A stretch of 64,000 nucleotides of DNA, taken from the human T2T-CHM13v2.0 reference genome, Homo sapiens. The translations under genes were made by a program, and so were the position numbers. Where the stretch lies: assembly GCF_009914755.1 (NCBI RefSeq), contig NC_060936.1; one strand, 5' to 3'. The stretch's first letter is position 1; every line of letters starts with the position of its first letter. Positions 44,549-61,899 of the stretch are shown in pieces. Under the pieces are notes generated by a model, which saw only the letters and a list, made by a program, of their open reading frames with translations, made no database searches and was not told the origin of the DNA.

Positions 44549-45503
44549 GACATGACTATCTTAATAGAAATGAGTTTTTTCCAATTTCTGTAATTATTAG
44601 TACTTACTCTTTTTGGCAGTACTGATGGATGAAAGGATAATTGTGTTCTTTCAAAAGTATTCTAGGTGCTTTTAAAATATTCAATTGTTTAGTTCTCTTC
44701 AGTTACCTTATGTCACCCACTTCCTTTATATGTGCATATGCTTGTGAAAAATGGAAAAATTAGACTTTGTATCAGGAGCTTAAATATTTTATGTGACCCT
44801 TGTTTAAATAGCCCAAAAGGTATCCAATTTAAAAATTTTGAGTATCACCTCTATGCAATACTGTATGACAAAGTACATTATATCCCTAATATTGTACTTT
44901 GTGGCATTAAATATGTAAGTTATAATACGTCATCCTTTGATTTTTTTTAGAAAACAATGACTTATGTCAAGGTGTCATTTTAAAGATAGAAACTCATATT
45001 TCCTTATAGCCACGTTTAAAATAAAATTAAACAAAATCAGAAAACTCAAGCATCATGTTTGTATATTTTGATGATTGTCTTTGCTTCAAAATTGTTGAGC
45101 AGCATTTTTAGATCACTTTAACTCTCTAGATAAAAAATAATAAACATGTTTAAGCTCTAAGTATACTAAATAGGCAAGGTTATTTTCCAGGTTTAACAAA
45201 TCACCAGTATTTAGCAGCTGTGTGTTTTTGGTTGGTTCAAAGAAGCATCTAATTGTAAGTACAAAATCTAAATCAGTATAAGAAAGCAGCATCATTTTTG
45301 TTGTGTCTTTATTTCAATACTGAAGTTTTCAAAAATGTTGAGATTTTCCAGAGGATGGTTGCTTTGGAGCTCTTGCTGCACAGCTTATTCAATAATTTCA
45401 AGTAATCATTTTCTTTTAATTGTATCTCAGTCACTTAAAAATATGTCATCTGTAATTGAGACTTTATCATCATTCTTAGATAGCTTTTGTTCTGTTTTTC
45501 AAG

Positions 45504-45709
45504 TTTAACATTGCCTCAGACAATTGGACAGATTTTCATTGAGAAACTAGCTGACTACATTCTTGTGAAAACAACCTTTGGCTTTTCATTGGCTTGGGAC
45601 GGGATATCTGGGATCTACCTCAAGCTGTCTGAGGACCATAAGGGGAAATCATGTGGCCTATGTGGAAACTACAATGACATTCAATCTGATGATTTCATAA
45701 TTCTGCAAG
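45504..45709 (+). CDS. OTOGL: OTOGL coding exon 8 (206 nt; VWD1 C-terminal half with CGLCGNYN)
   Basis: tttttcaag|T ... AAG|gtaagt; VWD hallmark WDG...CGLCGNYN; phase 2 to 1. Confidence 0.95.
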
Positions 45710-46689
45710 GTAAGTGAAGCAGAATAAATGTGTGGGTACCTTCTAAAGCCTTCTTCTTCCCCTGACCAAGTTGTTTGTACCCAGAAGACTTGTCATAGCT
45801 TGGGGAAAATTTGTGGCTGTCACTTGCCTGCTTTAGTGATTTTAAGTAAAGGTTGAATAGGAAAATATTTTGGTGTAATTCTTGAAAACCATGAACTAGT
45901 TTACCTTTGCTAAATTAGCATGAAGCACTTACTCACATAACACATTTTAATAGAGCATTTGCTTTGGGTCAGAAGGTCGGGATACCTCTGTATCCACTGC
46001 TTTAGGAACCTGGAATACATCAGTGAACAAAGCCTTTCACATCTTCAAGTTTATATTCTAGTGGTTCAAACCCATTTGGGTCAGATATGTCTATGTTAGG
46101 TCAAAAACTATTTTTGTATCCCTTCTTGATAGGAATAAGTTGAATAATTGACAAATAATAGTTTTGCAAAAATAATCAACTGTGAGCAGGAAAGTTGAAT
46201 AGTAACTTGGAAAGGTTTTATATACCTACCAGATCATGTATTAAATCTAAGTTATGAAACTAAAAGTGAGTTATAAGAAATAGGTTTTGTATCAATTCAG
46301 ATACTAGTGTGCAATGGTGATAGAATAAGAGAATCACAAACCATAATCATGACTTAGGTCCATACAAGGAAGTGCAATAAGAAGAGAATACTGTTCTTAG
46401 TACCAGTGAACTTGGGTTTGAATCTCCTTTCAACTTTTATAAGTTCTGTAATTTGAGGAAACTCATTTAATCACTTTTATGCTTAGTTTCTTCAGCTGTA
46501 AAATGGGGCTATGCTAATTTGGAACTCACAGAGTAGTCAGTAATAATAATAATATACTTTGATAATATTTATAACAATAGTTAGTTTGAGCACATAGCTA
46601 TGTTATTCCCAATCCTCACAACATCCTGTAAGGTGAGTAGTCTTTTCTTTCCTCTCCTTTCCTCTCCTTTCTTTTCTTTTCTTCTGTTC

Positions 46690-46833
46690 AAGATGAGGTC
46701 TTGCTATTTCTTTTCATTAAGATGGGGTCTTGCTATGTTGCCCAGGCTGGTCTTGAACTCCTGGGCTCAAGTCATCCTCTGGTCTCAGCCTCTCAAGTAG
46801 CTGGGACTACAGGTGCACCCTTGCACTCAGCCA
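46690..46833 (-). mobile_element. Alu monomer (FLAM-like) with a locally duplicated end
   Basis: AAGATG(A/G)GGTCTTGCTAT occurs twice, followed by monomer body. Confidence 0.75.
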
Positions 46834-47798
46834 GTATTATTTTCTGAATTTTATGATGAGAGCACAAGGTGATGTGTCCAATGTAACACAGCTTGTAACT
46901 GATACTGTCAGGGTTGGATTACAGACCTGACAGGCTCCCTGTGCTTAGATAAGTGTTTGAGTAATTGCCATTGAAGCTGTAAAGTGCTATATAATACTTC
47001 CGTTTTATATTATAAAATTAATAGAGATGATTTGCCCCTATGTTATGTTTTAAAGGATGGTGAAAGGACTACTTAGAGCATGGGCTCTGGAGTCAGACTG
47101 TGTGATTCAAATTCAGCTTTATCAATTATTAAATTTTATAAGTTTAAAGATATAATAAGAGCATATACTTCATAAGGGTTGCAAGGATTAAATGAGACAA
47201 TTCGTGTAAAACAGTACAGTACCTGGCACATAGTAATACTCAATACATTTAATTTAATTTATAGTCATCTCCAAGTATTTCTCCATAAGCCTATAATGGG
47301 GCTGAAATAAAAACGTGTGAAAATGTCTCTACATTGCTTTGAGAAGCCTTTATTAAAATGCAAATGTTTTGCTCAAGATAGATAATGCATCGTCAGGATT
47401 AGTTTACTGGTAGCTAGAGTAGAGAGCAGGGCTCCAAAAAGTCAATTTCCTCATATGTAAAATAGAGATAATGATAATGACTCTGGGAGCTTCCCAGCCA
47501 GTGAATATTGAATGAGAAAATGTAAATGAAAGTGTTTAAAAGTTTCTGAGCACAATACAAATGTATAGTACTGGGATCATCTCGAAATGGTGTTTTGCAC
47601 CCAGTTGGCATTTGCAATGAGAGGGGTCACAAATCTGGAATCTTGAGACTGTATTAGGAAGCAGGGTTTTGGATGCAGGCAGAATGAGTCAGATGGTAAT
47701 TGCTGATTTATTTTTCTTCTGTATCAAAGCTTCACGAAAAAAAAATAATCCTTAGTCCAGTTCTCTGTGGTAGAGTTAGAAAAGACTGCTTTGGGGTA

Positions 47799-48103
47799 GG
47801 CCAGGTGTGGTGGCTCACTTCTGTAATCCCAGCACTTTGGAAGGCCGAGGCAGGTGGATCACCTGAGGTCAGGAGTTCAAGACCAGCCCAGCCAACATGG
47901 TGAAACCCTGTCTCTACTAAAAATACAAAAATTAGCCAGGCGTGGTGGCAGACACCTATAATCCCAGCTACTTAGGATGCTGAGGCAGGAGAATTGCTTG
48001 AACATGGGAGGTGGAGGCTGCAGTGAGCAGAGACCATCATGCTACTGCACTCCAGCCTGGACAACAGAGCAAGACTCTGTCTCAAAAAAAAAAAAAAAAA
48101 AAA
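47799..48103 (+). mobile_element. AluSx
   Basis: Full dimer; flanking AAAGACTGCTTTGGG repeat. Confidence 0.93.
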
Positions 48104-49387
48104 GAAAGACTGCTTTGGGCAACTTCTCCTGGGATGCCCAGGGAACATGGTATGGAGGTCAGGATAGAAAATAACATCTGCTCTAGTTAGAGGCAGGAAG
48201 ACTTAGATTTGAGTTAAGGGCCAGACAGACTTATATGTTCCAGATAACCTGGAACATAAAATGGTTGTTCATAGTGAGCCAACTGGGGCAGCATGCACAA
48301 GGGTGTCAGTCTGCCAGAGGAAGACTGGCAGAAGGCAATTGAACGGAATTATAGCTGAACTGGCAGAAGGCAAGAAGGATTCCGGAAAGTATATGGGAAA
48401 GACCTAAGGAAATATTTCAGCTTCTTCACAATGTTATTTGCTTCACAGTATAAGGCAGAGTAATTTTTTAAAAAAACCTAACTTAAAACAACTTTGACAA
48501 GAAACTGCCTTTCTATTTCCTCCCATAGTATAATAATGCAAGAAAATGTCTATAGATGAGCAGTATTACCTTTAGCTTTAAGAAGCCTGATATTTTCTTG
48601 AAACTCAACCTGTATTTTGCTGATTAGAAAAATCTTTAGAGAGAGTGAGTTTGATTGAATGCCAGTGAATGCATAGTTTCTTAATGGTGATTAAAATTGC
48701 ATTTCTCTCTGCATTCCAACTCATCCTTCAGGGATGACTTCACAAAGAAATTAGACTTGTCAGAATTTCTGTACACATAGGAAGAAATATAATTTGTTGT
48801 CTAGTTGAGAATTCTGTTTCCATAATTCATGTCTACATCTAGCTATGTGACAACATAGAAGTCCTGGTCTACTTTCATTTTTTTCCCAGCATAATAATTA
48901 ATAATGCCTGCCTTTCTCTCTCAAAAATGTCCCAATATGGACAGTAAATTACTCTACTTAGAGCATATTTTATACAAAGCATTTTAATTTTAGTTTAGCA
49001 GGCTCCCACACCACCATTAGATATGGATTGAAAAATCTCCTGATAAACAACTTTTAGGACCCTTGATGCAGTATAAAATAGCTAAATACTTGGTTCAAAA
49101 GCTGCAATTAAAGTGAACTCTAAGGGATTGGCCAGGTTGTTTAGTCACATTAAAATTCGTGTGTAAGTATTGAAATAAGTGGGTTTCTAGAAAATGTTTT
49201 TGTTTCTTTAGACCTCTAAAAAATGTTTTGAAAGGAAATGTAACTATAAGTGTACTTAAAAAGGACATCAGTTTTTCCATTTTTAAAAAGTATATTACAG
49301 CAGGCCCATACTTTCCTCAGTGTGCAACATTTCAGTGATATCAGAGACAAAGCAGCAGGCCAGACAAATTAGAAAGCCCTAGGATTC

Positions 49388-49728
49388 TTTTCGTTTTTGT
49401 TTTTGTTTTTCTTTTTTTCTTTTTCTTTTCTTTTTTTTTTTTTTTTGAGACAGGGTCTTTCTCTGTCGCACAGGCTGGAGTGCAGTGGCGCGATCTTGGC
49501 TCACTGTAACCTCCTCCTCCCGGGTTCAAACAAGTCTCGTGCCTCAGCCTCCTGAGTAGCTGGGATTACAGGCGTGCACCACCATGCCTGGCTAATTTTT
49601 GTATTCTTATTAGAGATGGGGTTTCACCGTGTTGGCCAGGCCAGTCTCGTACTCCTGGCCTCCTGTGATCCACCCACCTCAGCCTCCCAGAGTGCTGGGA
49701 TTACAGGCGTGAGTCACCGCACCCAGCC
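49388..49728 (-). mobile_element. AluSx with long mixed T tail
   Basis: Antisense dimer; TSD GAAAGCCCT(A/G)GGATTCT. Confidence 0.93.
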
Positions 49729-49784
49729 TGAAAGCCCTGGGATTCTAATAATCTCTTTAATAAATTTCACAAATTCCCCTATAT

Positions 49785-50340
49785 GTATTCATTCACTTAT
49801 TTAGCAAATATATTTTGAGTACCTACTATATGCCAGATACTACACTAGGGATACAGCAATAGAACAGCTGAAACAAGCTCTCTGCCTTCATATAGTATGT
49901 ATTGTAATGGAAAATAAAATAAACAGAGCAAAATATAATTTTTGTGAGCAATAGCAGCCATTAAAGAAAAAGGTAGAGAAAGAAGGTAAAGAGTGATGGA
50001 GCAAGTGTGTGATTGGTGCTAGTCTAGATCACATGTCAGAGAAGGGCTCTCTGAGGCATACATTAAACAGGCCTATATGAAGTAAGGGAGGCAACAGTGA
50101 GAAGATTTTAGGAAAGAGTGGTTTTGAAGGAGGAAGAACAAGAGCAAGTGTTCTGAGGTGGGAATGAGTTTGAGTGTTTGAAGAACAGCACAAAGTTAAT
50201 ATGACTGGAGTAGGTTGAGCAAGAAAAGGTGCAGAAGATATATGAGGGGCAGAGCGGGTTGGGAGTAAGGGGAGAACAGGGCCCAGCTCATGCAAAGTCT
50301 GCTAGGCTATGGTAAAGTTTAGGATTTTACTCCAAGAGAG
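49785..50340 (-). mobile_element. L2 3' end
   Basis: ATTCATTCACTTATTTAGCAAATATATTTTGAGTACCTACTATATGCCAG start and purine-rich L2 body. Confidence 0.7.
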
Positions 50341-51430
50341 CAAAGCATTCTTACAGATAATAAAGTCTCTCATCTTCCCGGCGTTTGATAGTGGAATGCA
50401 CACATTATTTTTCTACTTTGAAGATATTCAGAGAGAGTGGCAAACATTTGGCTGGAGATTTCTGACTCTAGTGGTGCAATAGATTGTCATCAGTTGTTGA
50501 CTTCTGACCATGCAAATCTGGGTGGTGGAGAACTCCAACCTCAAATCTGAAGTCTGTCTTACATGGAACTTTGAGATGTCATCTTGTTTGATTTTGCCAA
50601 GTCTTTGAGCTTTGAGATTCAGCCTTTGTCTGAATGGAGGAGGGGAAGGATTAATTTTTGCATCATTCCCTGAACTTGTTCTCAGATCAGGTAGAGAGAC
50701 AACTTAAAAACTTGATTTAGAACAGAGAGCACTCTGTTGAGTCAGAGCACTCACTACCAAATATCTGTTTGTTGTTGCCCACACATTAACTCCTGAATCT
50801 TGCCTGAGATTAATGCTGGATTAGCTTTAGGGTTCTCAGTAGGGATGTCTTTCCTGAGCATGTTTCAAAACACTGTTCATCATATTTAGATGAAATAGAT
50901 ACACTTCTTAGTCTTCTCTTCTATTGATGTGTTTTCCAGTCTTTCATTGCCTATGTGACTGTCCTCTGAAATGTCCCAAAGAATTTGACAAGTTTTTTTT
51001 TGTGTGGACCCTGTCCACCAAATATAACTGCAATTTTAATAAGGTTCTTACTAATATTAAATATAATGAGAGAGCTGCCTGATAATTTTTACACTAAACG
51101 TTTATATTTTTTCGTTTTACGCATATTTTTTCTCCTTTCAACAGCACTGATTGAACATTGGCGATAAATGCTTCACTGGTGTGTACGTTGTACTCACTCA
51201 CCTTCAATCCTTCCCCATGTTGTTTGAATGCAGTTTGCTTTTTCTTTCCAATGGAACTAACTTTTATTTGGTACCCACATTTTGTTCAATTTGTTTTTAT
51301 TATGATAAAGTAATGTTATTATCTAATATCACATTGGTAATTATAATGTTACTGAGTTTAATGTTTTGACCAGGAAGTTTGTGTTGAAGAACCATGTCTG
51401 TTTGTGGAAAATGATATGATTACACCTATT

Positions 51431-51458
51431 TGTGTGTGTGTGTGTGTGTGCCTGTGTG
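51431..51458 (+). repeat. (TG)10-CC-(TG)3 tract at the acceptor of coding exon 9
   Basis: TGTGTGTGTGTGTGTGTGTG CC TGTGTG AAATAG| read directly. Confidence 0.95.
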
Positions 51459-51464
51459 AAATAG

Positions 51465-51592
51465 AGGACTATACAGAAGACATCGCTATGTTTGCAAATA
51501 GTTGGTCGGTGCAAACTCCAGATGACACCAAATGTGTACTCACACCCTCAGATTTTCCAAATCCGTGCTCCAGTGGAATGCCAGCATTTGAG
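51465..51592 (+). CDS. OTOGL: OTOGL coding exon 9 (128 nt; EDYTEDIAMFANSWSVQTPDDTKC...MPAFE)
   Basis: aaatag|AG ... GAG|gtaaat; FANSW motif typical after VWD; phase 1 to 0. Confidence 0.92.
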
Positions 51593-51946
51593 GTAAATTT
51601 GATGTGAGAAATGTGGGCATGTCAGACAGAATACACATATATCTTATTTGTATAATTAACTAAGCATTTTTTAGTGTAAACACAACATAATTTAAAAATA
51701 TTATATCCAGGAAATGTAATTGCAATAGGAAATCACCTTAATTTTAGAAATAGTGAATGTAGTGAATTTCATAAATGCAGTACTCATGAAAATAATGTAG
51801 TCAGAAAAATGTTAGTTAAAATGTATAAGTTACCATCTTTTTCCTTGTGAGAACTGAAAATCTTGCAAATAGATCTGTAAAAATAATAGAAGACTATACA
51901 CATACCATGAAACATAGTCTAGTGACTGCCATCTTTTTTTGCACAG

Positions 51947-52053
51947 GCAATCTTCTTCAAGTGTCAGATACTGTTGCAGTTTCCTTTTCTGAGCTGCCAT
52001 GAGTATATCGATCCATACTTATATATTGCCAGCTGTGTTAATGATCTTTGCAA
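51947..52053 (+). CDS. OTOGL: OTOGL coding exon 10 (107 nt; C8 domain start, AIFFKCQILLQFPFLSCHEYIDPYLYIASCVNDLC)
   Basis: tttgcacag|GCA ... CAA|gtaagt; C8 motif FxxCHxxxxPxxYxxxCxxDxC; cumulative CDS is 1052 nt, phase 2. Confidence 0.94.
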
Positions 52054-52222
52054 GTAAGTGAAATGACTTGTAGTTGTAATAAAATTTTCTTTATGCAAAA
52101 AGAAGACCCACAACTACTTCTGTTACTTAACCATTTCAGCTGTTCACAAAATATTATGGGAAATGTAAAATATAAACTGCAAACAGCTATTAAAAGTTTG
52201 CTATATAACAGTCACCGTCTAA

Positions 52223-52893
52223 TTTTTTTTATTGATACATAGTAGATGTACATATTTTCAGGGTATGTGTGATAATTTAATACATTCGTGTAATCAAATA
52301 AAGGGAATTGGGTACCTGTCACCTTAAACAGTTTTCTTTATGCTAGGAACATTCAAATTATTATCTTCTTGCTATTCTGAAATATACAATTGATTAATGT
52401 TAGCTATAGTCCCCCCTACTTTTCTATCCAACACCAGGTCTTATTTCTTCTACATGTACATTGTACCCATAAGTAATCTTTCTTCACCCCCACCTCTCTC
52501 CTACCCTTCCTGGACTCTGGTAACCACCAATCTACACTCTATCTTCATGAGATTCACTGTTTTAGTTCCCACATATGAGTGAGAATGTGTGATATTTGTC
52601 CTTCTGTTTGGCTTATTTCACTTAACATAGTGACCTCCAGTTTCATCCATGTTGTTGCAAATTACAGGATTTCATTCTTTTTTATGGCTGAATAATATTC
52701 CATTGTGTATATATACCACAATTTTTTTTATCCATTCATCCACTGATGGACACAGGTTGATTCCATATTTTGTCTATTGTGAATACTTCTACAATAAACA
52801 CAGGAGTGCAAATATCTCTTCCATATGTTGATTTTGTTTTTTGGGGGATATATACTCCTTAGTGGATTGCTAGATTATATATGAATGGTAGTT
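52223..52893 (-). mobile_element. L1MA (MA4/5-like) 3' end
   Basis: TTTTTATTGATACATAGTAGATGTACATATTT...TCCCACATATGAGTGAGAA...GGCTGAATAATATTCCATTGTG. Confidence 0.8.
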
Positions 52894-52927
52894 ATAAATG
52901 TTTTACCTAACTAGCATGAACAAATAC

Positions 52928-53400
52928 TGTGGCTCTTAAGCATTTTTATGCCGTGAATCCCTTTTGGGAGTCTAGAGAAATTCATAGACCCTTTTCAAAA
53001 ACAATGTTTGAAATGCACAAAATAAAACACATAAGATACCAAACAAAACTAATTCTAATAAAGTAGTTATCAAAATAATTAAAAAATGAATTTCTGATAT
53101 ATATGCTTTTAACACGCATTTCAAATCTAATAACTACTGCAGTTTGACATAGTGATTAGTGTAAACAGTGCTTTGTGAGTCTGTAACAATGGAAAATGAA
53201 AATATAAAAATATGAAAAAAGGACATATGAGACATGTGACAAAGTCACTGATATCACTAAGAATATTGTGATGTGTTGCCTATAGGCACAATTGAAGGAA
53301 ATGCTAAGTTTCCATTGGAAATTAATGAAAATAAACATGTAATTTTCTTCTACCTAAGGTCACAGATTCCTGCATTCTATCTCAGGTTGTGAACATCTAG
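52928..53400. mobile_element. hAT-Charlie fossil (MER119-like)
   Basis: Resembles recalled consensus start (CTGTGGCTCTTAAG...CCCTTTTGGGAGTCT...AATGCACAAAATAAAACACATA) with a CAGGTT.TGAAC end. Confidence 0.5.
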
Positions 53401-54289
53401 GATAGGTGGTTGCATAAGCAACAAATTTAGTGAGACTCATCATACTATGTTCATGAATGGTAGTTCATTGTAGAACCTACCATAAATTACTCATAATTAA
53501 AGTTTTTTAAAATTATTTTTCTTTCAAAACATCACCAAGTATATGTGATTACTCATCTTGAACCTTCAAGAGTAGCTAAAGAAATTTTAATATGTCTGTA
53601 TATTTTATGAATCCCAAGAAGTATAAGTGATACATAGAAACTTTTAAAATAAAAAACCAGACTAGTTTTTAGTTTAGTAAAACCACTTAAATGACGTCTT
53701 GAGTAGCTCATTAAGAGGTTTATCAAAGGTGAGAACAAAGAGGAAAGGTTGAGGTAGTATGAAATTGTGTTGTTTATAACTACTCCTCTCTAATTAAATT
53801 GAAATTATTACAAAAATAACAAATGTAATATTTTCCAGATACTAAAATAAGCTTATTTGTGACATCTCTTACTTTTGAATAGAGTGCAGTTATACCTAGA
53901 TTTATATGTATAGTCTCTAAATTGCAAGGATTCCTGAACTAATGCAGGAGCCTTGAAAGAACCCCCACTCTGCCTAAAATATTGGCTAGTGACCTTACTA
54001 TATATTTTTTAAAATTCTATTCCCTATTTGGTTTCATTTTTAATTTAAGAGCTACTTGCTATAGCTCTTTGTTGTTGTTTTTTTTCTCTTTTTTAAGGAT
54101 GGCTGTAGGTAGGCCATAGTCCTTATTTAGTCACATATATGGAATTAAAATTGTTCTTATTCCACAGTGTCTCAGTCTTGGACTATTCTCCAGTCATCTT
54201 TTCAATTGCCTTATCTTTAATATCTTTAGCACCCATTTGTCAAGTAGTCTGAGATAAAATATTGTTTTGTAGGTCCAGGAAAATCATTC

Positions 54290-54780
54290 TGCATTTTTTA
54301 GTTCAGGATGTTGTTTAGCCGCTTCAACAGCTAAAATGACTGTGACTTAAATTAAATGGAATGTTTATATTTCTCTTACATAAAAATCCATGCCGGTTAG
54401 TGGTCTTGGATTGGCATCGTGGCTCTGCTCCATGAGTTTTCCAGTGACTGAATGATCTTGTTGCTACATTTTTCCTTTTGTCGAGGTTATTATTTTCAAT
54501 TTCATGGCCCAAACTGCATCACCACTATCATGTCCACATTTTAGCCCTTAAAAAGGGAGAAAAAAAACCAAAAGGACTGGCATCTTTTGATCTGGAAGTT
54601 TCATGCATGCTTCCACTTTTAACCTTTTGGCCAGAACTTGGATACATGGCCACACCTAGGTGCAAGAGAAGCCGAAACATGTTGTCTTTGGCTGGCAGCC
54701 ATCTACCTGGCAAAAACTTGGATGTTCTGATACTAAAAAGGAGAAGGGGGAACTGGAGATAAAAATCAGTCTCTGCTACA
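54290..54780. mobile_element. Old MLT1 LTR
   Basis: TTGGCCAGAACTTGGATACATGGCCACACCTAG.TGCAAG.GA.GC motif typical of old MLT1 subfamilies. Confidence 0.55.
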
Positions 54781-55641
54781 CCCACTTCATCTGAAATTTC
54801 ATCATTGAGAAATTAACATTTTTGTCTTTTGAAATGTTGATAGTTTTTAGACTTTGACTTTTGAAACTTTGATGCTTTCTCCAGGGAAAACAAAAATAGC
54901 AGGATAGAGAAGCAACTTGTGCTGGCTGAAATCAGCTGACACCTTAAGAGATACCTTTGTGGTAGAGAGGCTGGGTTTAGGGACAAAGCAGGCATGTAAT
55001 AACAAAGGAAGGACATTATAATTAAGTGGACGTTGATAAAATGGAAGTGAGAAGCTGCCAGAGCCAGCCTTTCACTCCCCTCAATATTTCATTCAGGGCT
55101 AGACCTATTTACATTCTTTCTTCCATTCTGTAGGAAATGAGTGATTCTCTTCATTTCCTGTATTAGGGGACTGCATCACAAGGGTCCCATACTATGAGAA
55201 TGAAAATGTGAATTGGTTGAACACAGATTAATTTCCTGCTTGGGTTATGATAGTGTATTGAATTCAATTCAACACACATCTTTTGAGTATCTATTCTGAG
55301 CTGAGTATTTTGTCACTCCTTGGAGAAAGAGAAAAAATTTAGACATGATCTCTGTCCTAGGAACTCATATTCTAATAGGGCAGAGAAACAGGTCTCTAAC
55401 AATGACACAACGCCCTAAATTCAAAGTGCTTTAAATGTAGAGGACAGAACTATTAACTTTATCAGAGAGTGCCTACACAGGCTCCACGGAAGAGATAACA
55501 TTTGACTTGGAACTTGTGTGATACTCCACCAATCCTTGAATTATGCCGTCCTGTTTCTGCTTCTAAGAATGCCAAACCCAGCAGCAAGGAAATGATTTTA
55601 ATTTTGCGATGCCAAAGCCAATTGATGTGAAAACCAAGATT

Positions 55642-56771
55642 TTTTTTTTTGCTCTTTAATTGTTTATTAAAAATGAAAGAGTGGAAATTATTGAGCAAAT
55701 CCAAATAGAACAAATCTAAAAAATCCATACCAAGACACATTGTAGTCAAATTTCTAGAACCTAAACAAAGAAAAATTCTTGAAAGCAGTGTGAGAGAATG
55801 ACACCTTAACCTACAGAGGAAAAGTCATTTAAATGAAAGATAATATCTCATCAGAAACCATGGAGACCAGAAGGAAGTGGCTTAAATTTTCTTTAAAGTA
55901 CTGGGAAAAGAAACCCTACCAATAAGCATTCAGTATCCAGTGAAAATATTTTATGGGGATGAAAGGAAAATCAATCATTCTCAGATGAATTTCAGAAATC
56001 ATCATTCTCAGATGAAGTAAAAACTAAGCAAAATTTTTACCAATACTCCTACCCTAAAAGTATGGGTAACGGACATTCTCTCAATATAAAGGATATGATA
56101 AAAATAAGAAATCTTGAAACATTAAAAAAAAGGTGAATGGGGAGAGTAAAAATATGGTGAATACAATAGAATTTCCTCCTCCTCTTGAGTTTTCCAAATT
56201 ACGTGTGATATTGGAGCAAAAATTCTGACACTCTGATATTGTTCTCAATGTATGTTGAGAAAATAATTGATATAATCATAAACTGGAAAGGATAAAAAAT
56301 ATGCTAAATAAAGGAAAGTTTCTACACCTAATTTGAAATGACAAAATGTCGAAGCCCTTAGACTATAGAATTATATATATAACAAATATATAATAAACAC
56401 ATTTTATATATAAAATATATATTTCCATATATAATGCAATTCTATATATAATATAATCATATATACATATATATATATATATACGATTCCATTATTGATT
56501 TCTGCATTGCAGAAATTTGATCCTCCTTCTCTGAGATGGAGCCGGTTTACATTTCCTTTAGTCTAAAGGCTTCAACATTCCACCAGTACAAACTAGGCGC
56601 AGAAATCCTCCCTTCTTCATCATGGCACCCAGGAAGAGAATTCCAACTCAGAATATCTTGGCTAAAACCACAACATTGAGCATGGAATTCATTCCTGTGC
56701 AGTTTCTCCATGCTAGTCTGTGCCACTAATGATGGTATCTAAGAAGCTATGGAAGAAGGACGAAAGTCCTA
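55642..56771 (-). mobile_element. 3'-transduced segment carried by the L1 (second poly(A) and AATAAA)
   Basis: T11 at 55640-55650, TTTATT at 55663-55668, and TSD TGAAAACCAAGATT at 55628-55641 and 62806-62819. Confidence 0.88.
55690..56400 (+). mobile_element. Old L1M-type ORF1 C-terminal fragment inside the transduced segment
   Basis: Degenerate ORF1-like coding: PRHIVVKFL..., ..KILKAV.., SSETMETRRKW. Confidence 0.65.
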
Positions 56772-57001
56772 TTTTTTCTTTTTTTCTTTTTTTTTTTTTA
56801 TACTTTAAGTTTTAGGGTACATGTGCACATTGTGCAGGTTAGTTACATATGTATACATGTGCTGTGCTGGTGCGCTGCACCCACTAACTCATCATCTAGC
56901 ATTAGGTATATCTCCCAATGCTATCCCTCCCCCCTCCCCCCACCCCACCACAGTCCCCAGAGTGTGATATTCCCCTTCCTGTGTCCATGTGATCTCATTG
57001 T

Positions 57002-60834
<3,833 letters not shown>

Positions 60835-60882
60835 TCATTTTGCTCGTTAGTTGATGCAGTTTCTTCCTAGTCTCGATGGTCT

Positions 60883-61899
60883 TTACATTTTGGCATGATT
60901 TTGCAGCGGCTGGTACCAGTTGTTCCTTTCCATGTTTAGTGCTTCCTTCAGGAGCTCTTTTAGGGCAGGCCTGGTGGTGACAAAATCTCTCAGCATTTGC
61001 TTGTCTATAAAGTATTTTATTTCTCCTTCACTTATGAAGCTTAGTTTGGCTGGATATGAAATTCTGGGTTGCAAATTCTTTTCTTTAAGAATGTTGAATA
61101 TTGGCCCCCACTCTCTTCTGGCTTGTAGGGTTTCTGCCGAGAGATCCGCTGTTAGTCTGATGGGCTTCCCTTTGAGGGTAACCCGACCTTTCTCTCTGGC
61201 TGCCCTTAACATTTTTTCCTTCATTTCAACTTTGGTGAATCTGACAATTATGTGTCTTGGAGTTGCTCTTCTCGAGGAGTATCTTTGTGGTGTTCTCTGT
61301 ATTTCCTGAATCTGAACGTTGGCCTGCCTTGCTAGATTGGGGAAGTTCTCCTGGATAATATCCTGCAGAGTGTTTTCCAACTTGGTTCCATTCTCCCCAT
61401 CACTTTCAGGTACACGAATCAGATGTAGATTTGGTCTTTTCACATAGTCCCATATTTCTTGGAGGCTTTGCTCATTTCTTTTTATTCTTTTTTCTCTAAA
61501 CTTCCCTTCTCACTTCATTTCATTCATTTCATCTTCCATTGCTGATACCCTTTCTTCCATTTGATCGCATCGGCTCCTGAGGCTTCTGCATTCTTCACGT
61601 AGTTCTCGAGCCTTGGTTTTCAGCTCCATCAGCTCCTTTAAGCACTTCTCTGTATTGGTTATTCTAGTTATACATTCTTCTAAATTTTTTTCAAAGTTTT
61701 CAACTTGTTTGCCTTTGGTTTGAATGTCCTCCCGTAGCTCAGAGTAATTTGATCGTCTGAAGCCTTCTTCTCTCAGCTCGTCAAAATCATTCTCCATCCA
61801 GCTTTGTTCCGTTGCTGGTGAGGAACTGCGTTCCTTTGGAGGAGGAGAGGCGCTCTGCGTTTTAGAGTTTCCAGTTTTTCTGTTGTGTTTTTTCCCCAT
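60883..61899 (-). pseudogene. L1 ORF1p (338-codon frame) broken by a single nonsense codon, R130*
   Basis: ORFs 61510..61899 and 60883..61443 share one frame spanning 1017 nt; TGA at 61510-61512 where consensus has Arg (MNEMK-R-EGK). Confidence 0.93.

Noticed and set aside
56750-56771. First reading: L1 inserted without a TSD (target-site deletion)
   Set aside because: A 14-bp exact TSD with a second poly(A) and AATAAA was found 1.1 kb further out, which transduction explains better.
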